Source of the DNA: Candidatus Multivoradales bacterium
GTDB lineage: Bacteria; Acidobacteriota; Thermoanaerobaculia; Multivoradales; Multivoraceae
DNA length: 64,000 bases
NCBI GenBank assembly: GCA_965223325.1
Contig: CBDCWI010000002.1
Span: 2,656,001 to 2,720,000, forward strand
Direction: 5' to 3'
Numbering within the stretch: position 1 is the first letter of the stretch; each line of letters starts with the position of its first letter. The notes below the pieces were generated by a model, which saw only the letters and a program-made list of their open reading frames with translations, was not told the origin of the DNA and did not search any database. Of the stretch, positions 59,802 to 64,000 are shown one piece after another. Made by a program: the position numbers and the translations under genes.

Positions 59802-60491
59802 ATGACCCTTCGCACTGCAACAACCGGCAAAGGCCACTTCGCGGCCCTGGTCCTCCTGTTGATTCTCACTCCGGGAGTGGCAACGGCGACGGACGATGCG
59901 GTCGAGTTCGAGGGAGTCGATGGGTCTGTCTACCAGGGCACAGCGTGGAACGCGGGAGGCAGCGCGGGTTTCATTCTGCTGCCCCAGTGCGAACGCGACC
60001 GCTCGATGTTCGGTGACCTCGGTGAGCAAATCGCTGCGGCTGGGTTTCGTGTGCTCGCGGTCGACCTGCCGAACAACACCGAGAGTGACGATTCCAGGGC
60101 TCTCCTCGACCAGGCCGCTGAAGCCGCCTTCGCGCACCTCGGTCAGGCCACGGCTGTCCTCGGTGCCGGTTGCGGCGGCGGCGCTGCCGTTCGTCTCTCG
60201 AAGGCACACCCTGAGATCACCCACGTCGGCTTGCTTTCGGCCGGGCTGTCGGCGCACGAGGAGCGCGATGCCCTGCAGCTTTCGGGGCGCCAGCTCCTGC
60301 TGGTTGCCAGCAAGGGAGACGGCCCTGCAATCCGCCCCGCGGGAACTATCGCCTACCGAAAGGGCCGCCGCTCAGCCAAACTCAAAACCTACGACGGCGA
60401 CCTCCGCGGCGCCGCCCTGCTCGAGGAAGACCCGCAACTGATCGAATTCATTTCCCGATGGTTCGCGCCGGCACTCGAAGACACTCCCTGA
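59802..60491 (+). CDS. Secreted alpha/beta-hydrolase-fold protein, apparently degenerate
   Basis: Signal peptide; AGFRVLAVD; nucleophile elbow reads LGAGCGG; LLVASKGD. Confidence 0.6.
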   Translation: MTLRTATTGKGHFAALVLLLILTPGVATATDDAVEFEGVDGSVYQGTAWNAGGSAGFILLPQCERDRSMFGDLGEQIAAAGFRVLAVDLPNNTESDDSRALLDQAAEAAFAHLGQATAVLGAGCGGGAAVRLSKAHPEITHVGLLSAGLSAHEERDALQLSGRQLLLVASKGDGPAIRPAGTIAYRKGRRSAKLKTYDGDLRGAALLEEDPQLIEFISRWFAPALEDTP

Positions 60492-60513
60492 CCCGCTGCA
60501 GCGCTACCTTCCG

Positions 60514-61902
60514 CTAGTACCACTCGGGAGCTTCCAGAGCTTCGTCCGGGTCGCTTCTGGCAACGAGCATGGCTTCGAGATCGGCGTCGAGTTCGGCCGC
60601 CAGCGGCGCGGGAACAAGCCGCGGCGCTCTACGGGCGAGCAAGGTGCGAATGCGTTCGAACCATCCGGCTGGTCGGGGTTCGGCCGGGGGAAACTCGCGC
60701 GCCAGTTCAGAAGCGGCTTCTGGCGCGAAGTCGAGCCCGCCGAACGCAGCGAGACGGGCCAGGCACGCCTGCGGTTCTTGCTCGAGCTCCCGGCGGGTTA
60801 GAGGGAGAACCCCGCTTGCTACCCGGTCCAGGGTTCGGTCGGTCATGGCCTCGAGGAGCGCTCTCCAGGCGGCGGCCAGGCGCGCTTCTCCGTAGACCGG
60901 GTGCGCTACGAGATCGCGCGCTTCGGACAACGCTAGCGACTCATCTTCGAGACACGTCAGGCGAAACCTGTCGAACGCCTGTGACGGCTGGTCGAGGAAA
61001 ACGAGTACACGCTTCTCACTGTAGTCCTCGAGGGCAAGCTCGGGCGGGCTGGGATCGTGGAGGTGGAGATCCAACGAGCCCGCCGACCTAACGATCGCCG
61101 GCGCAGCCTCCGCCGACGTCGGCAAGGCATTGCGCTCGAGGCACGAGGCCAGAGCGTGCCCGCCGCAGCCCGGCTGCGAGAGCACGACGAGGTGGGCGCC
61201 CCGAAGGGCCGCTCGACGCTCGGCAGTGCGCGTCTTCAGGTCGTGCGGGCGCCAGCGATGATAGGGGTTGTCGCGCACATCTAGATCGATGCGCGAAGGT
61301 TCGATGCCATGCTTCCAGGCCACATAGTGAAAGCTCACCTGGTCGCGCGAGCTTCCGGCTTCGATCTCGCTCCACCATTCTTCCGAGAGGGCCACGACGG
61401 CTGGATCGTGGTGGCGTCTTAGAATCACCATGCAAGCTGGAATGGAGAGCCCGTCGGGATAGCCCGCTTCGCGATAGCGGCTGACCTGCGCTCGCAGAAT
61501 CTCTGGGTCGTCTTTCCCGAGGCGAGCGCACGCCTCGGCCTCCTGATAGATGCTGCCGCGCCTCTCGGGATGTTCGAACATCACCACCGACTGCCCGCTG
61601 AGCTGGCTGGCGGCAAAGGCACCGAGGTCACCGCGAAGCTCGAGGTTGCCGTCGACCCAGACACTCCAGTCGTAAGACGGCAGGAAACGATGCGGCAGGA
61701 TCTTGGGTGCCTTGGCGCGCCGGACCGGAACGCCGCCCGCCGCGGCGGCGGGCAGCAAGCGCACATCCCAACCCTCGATCTGTCGGTCGGGGTTGTCAGA
61801 GAAGCACACCAGGTCACAGCCGCTCTGTTGGGCACGCGGCGGGCGCAGGTCATCGCAGCTACCGGCAACGGCGGTGTAGATCACACCGCGCTCTTCGGTC
61901 AC
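60514..61902 (-). CDS. DUF616 (TOD1/MUCI70-like) glycosyltransferase with a sulfotransferase-like C-terminal half
   Basis: IYTA, CFSD, KILPH, WVDGN, HPER..IYQEA, SSRDQVSF; C-terminal PGCGG...L...L. Confidence 0.7.
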   Translation of the reverse strand: MTEERGVIYTAVAGSCDDLRPPRAQQSGCDLVCFSDNPDRQIEGWDVRLLPAAAAGGVPVRRAKAPKILPHRFLPSYDWSVWVDGNLELRGDLGAFAASQLSGQSVVMFEHPERRGSIYQEAEACARLGKDDPEILRAQVSRYREAGYPDGLSIPACMVILRRHHDPAVVALSEEWWSEIEAGSSRDQVSFHYVAWKHGIEPSRIDLDVRDNPYHRWRPHDLKTRTAERRAALRGAHLVVLSQPGCGGHALASCLERNALPTSAEAAPAIVRSAGSLDLHLHDPSPPELALEDYSEKRVLVFLDQPSQAFDRFRLTCLEDESLALSEARDLVAHPVYGEARLAAAWRALLEAMTDRTLDRVASGVLPLTRRELEQEPQACLARLAAFGGLDFAPEAASELAREFPPAEPRPAGWFERIRTLLARRAPRLVPAPLAAELDADLEAMLVARSDPDEALEAPEWY

Positions 61903-62741
61903 GGGATCTTCCGTGAGAGGTCATCGGCGAGCGCGGCGAGATTCCACTCGTAGCCCAGCCTCTCCGCCGCCGGCCTCACATTGACCTCGAACTCCCGCTG
62001 CTCGGTCGGCGACCAATCGAGAGTGGTCTGCGCAGGGTTTCTGCTGTTGGGCTTGGTAGCGATCAAGTCTTCCAGACCCGAGCGATCGTAGCTGGGGGTC
62101 ACTTCGAGCCACTCACAGAAGTCAGAGTAGGCAGCGAAATCGAACGTCTCGATGGGGATGACCCGCTTGTGAGACTCCGGAACACGCTCGAGCAGTGCCA
62201 GACAGTCGATATTGAGACGGTTCCAGAACCACGCCAACTGACCAGTTCGCGATTGCTCTTCCCAGTGCCGCCCCTCCTCGCCGCGCGGCACGATGCGACT
62301 GAAGCTGTGATGGTCCAGATGGAGCTCGGGCTGAAAGCCTGCCGCCAAACTCGGGTCGTCTCGCACCAGCGGAGCGCGGTACCAACCCTTGTCGAGATAC
62401 GAGATCACCACCCGATGCGGGGCACGGACAAGCAAGACCACGCGCGCCTCCAGCTCTTCCCAGAGACGATGCACCGCATAGGACAGGTAGGCGCTGGCCT
62501 CGAACGACACCGCTGCGCGATCGAGGTCGGCCTCGACGTCGCGGCGCTTCGTCGCCAGGAACCCGCGCTCGTCGACCGGCAGCCGGTTGAAGCGGCAGTA
62601 ACGATCGAAGGCATCGATCAGCGGGCGTCGCTCATGGCACGACTGAACGTTCGCGTGGCGCGACATCAGCTCGTGCATGAACTTGGTGCCGCAACGCCCG
62701 GTGCCAACGGCGAAGACGGCTTTTCCATTCAAGAGTTGCAT
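61899..62741 (-). CDS. Sulfotransferase-like protein
   Basis: PAPS-loop-like GTGRCGT, HE, LLVRAP..VVISY. Confidence 0.7.
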   Translation of the reverse strand: MQLLNGKAVFAVGTGRCGTKFMHELMSRHANVQSCHERRPLIDAFDRYCRFNRLPVDERGFLATKRRDVEADLDRAAVSFEASAYLSYAVHRLWEELEARVVLLVRAPHRVVISYLDKGWYRAPLVRDDPSLAAGFQPELHLDHHSFSRIVPRGEEGRHWEEQSRTGQLAWFWNRLNIDCLALLERVPESHKRVIPIETFDFAAYSDFCEWLEVTPSYDRSGLEDLIATKPNSRNPAQTTLDWSPTEQREFEVNVRPAAERLGYEWNLAALADDLSRKIP

Positions 62742-62807
62742 TGGGGTTCCGTTGGCGACGCCTCGATCTGATCGGAGAGGAAGGGCGCTTGGCAATAGAG
62801 TACCCCG

Positions 62808-63695
62808 ATGATCGAACCCCTGATCGCCGAACGAGCCGCCTCCCAGGTCACCGTGGTCGTGCGCACGGTAGGCGAGCGCACCGAGACTCTGTGTCTCGAG
62901 ATCCTCCACTCCCAGCTGCCGCTAGAGAACGTGATCGTCATTCGGCAACGCCCCTTCGCCAGAGCCCATCGAGATTCGGTGGAGGCTGCAATCGAGACCG
63001 GCCGGCCGTGGGCCATGGTCACAGACTCCGACAAGCTGGTGCGCCCCGGGGCAGTCCTGGAGATGCTCCGTCGTGCCCAGAAGGCGCCGCCCCAGACTTT
63101 CATGGTGCACACCTTGATGGTCGATAAGTTCTTCGGCGGCGAGCGCTACGTCGGGCCGAAGCTCTACCGCACCGAGCTTCTCGACGAGGCGCTCTCTTAC
63201 GTTCCGGAGTCTGCCAACGTGCACCGACCAGAGACCGAGATGAGCAAGGCGATGAGAAAGAAGGGCTACCCCTGGTATCTCACGCGCTACGTCTCCGGCG
63301 TCCACGACTTCGAGCAGGCCTACGGCGACATCCTTCGCAAGGGCTTCACCCATGGCAAGAAGAGTGCCCGCTGGGCACCCACCCTCGAGCCCTACTGGCA
63401 ACGCGCCGCGCGGTTCGATCCCGACTTCGCCGTTCTTCTGGAGGGAATCGCTCTGGCTGCCGACGACAGCCGCGAGCTTCAGCTGGACATCGAAGAGACC
63501 GCCGCCGAACGCCACGAGGTGTTCGAACGACTGCACCTCGAAGAGAAGCCACCCTTGACACCCGGCGACGGGGCGCTGCAGCTGGTTGAGAAACTGCTCG
63601 CTGAGCACGAGCCACCGCCCGAGTACCTGCCGGTCAAACGCGATCTCGACGCCTCGACCGTACAGGCCGCTTCGAATGTCATCGTCGAACACTGA
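62808..63695 (+). CDS. Glycosyltransferase-A-like hypothetical protein
   Basis: VTVVVRTVGERT, DxD motif (TDSD), GVHDFEQ; glycan-gene context. Confidence 0.5.
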   Translation: MIEPLIAERAASQVTVVVRTVGERTETLCLEILHSQLPLENVIVIRQRPFARAHRDSVEAAIETGRPWAMVTDSDKLVRPGAVLEMLRRAQKAPPQTFMVHTLMVDKFFGGERYVGPKLYRTELLDEALSYVPESANVHRPETEMSKAMRKKGYPWYLTRYVSGVHDFEQAYGDILRKGFTHGKKSARWAPTLEPYWQRAARFDPDFAVLLEGIALAADDSRELQLDIEETAAERHEVFERLHLEEKPPLTPGDGALQLVEKLLAEHEPPPEYLPVKRDLDASTVQAASNVIVEH

Positions 63696-63710
63696 AGCTC
63701 TGCGTCACCC

Positions 63711-64000
63711 ATGAGCGCTGGCGACTACTTCATCGACGTAGCGGGCTACCAGTGCAACCCGGAGACCAGCTTCGACTCAAGCGAGAGCCGTGAGTATTGG
63801 ACCGACGAGCGCATCGCGCAGTCACTCGAGTTCCAATACGACGTCTACGCTCTCGCCGCCCAGCTAGCAGCCGAGACCTCGGCAAGTCGTGTGCTCGATC
63901 TCGGCTGCGGAGCACCCGGCAAGCTGGGCCTCTTCTTCTCGCCCAACAGTCCCGAGGAGATCGCGCTGGTGGACCAACCGAACACCCGCGAACTAGCTGC
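63711..64000 (+). CDS. Class I SAM-dependent methyltransferase, truncated by the window edge
   Basis: Translated by hand: MSAGDYF...FQYDVY...RVLDLGCG...LVDQ, open to the window edge. Confidence 0.75.
   Translation, partial: MSAGDYFIDVAGYQCNPETSFDSSESREYWTDERIAQSLEFQYDVYALAAQLAAETSASRVLDLGCGAPGKLGLFFSPNSPEEIALVDQPNTRELA

Noticed and set aside
1-64000. rRNA, tRNA (including tRNA-Sec), prophage or integrase
   Set aside because: None was recognised by eye. A covariance-model scan is needed to exclude small RNAs.

Overview
A high-GC bacterial chromosomal segment. The gene content (ADOP-type orphan ABC permease, DUF1592 cytochrome protein, CRTAC1/FG-GAP protein, HzsA-like protein) suggests Acidobacteriota, possibly Thermoanaerobaculia-like; this taxonomy is inference. 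It holds about 40 CDSs, including copAB, a metY-led operon, vapBC, polA and the start of a glycan-modification cluster. I saw no rRNA, tRNA or CRISPR array. Most notable: (1) three unrelated secreted proteins share a C-terminal LFxDxFExxxTxxWS tail, and one of them is a gingipain/PorU-like C25 peptidase, making a candidate surface-protein sorting system; (2) a membrane-anchored ClpA/B-type ATPase is fused to an RF2-like module lacking GGQ, with a VLRF1-type factor 12 kb away; (3) a complete group II intron sits in the third unit of a structured 325-bp tandem repeat whose other two units keep empty target sites; (4) an exported UxxC selenoprotein is split by the ORF track at an in-frame UGA; (5) CTAG-flanked MITE-like elements lie on TAG stop codons; (6) several genes look leaderless. 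All family assignments come from motif recognition by eye, with no database search.
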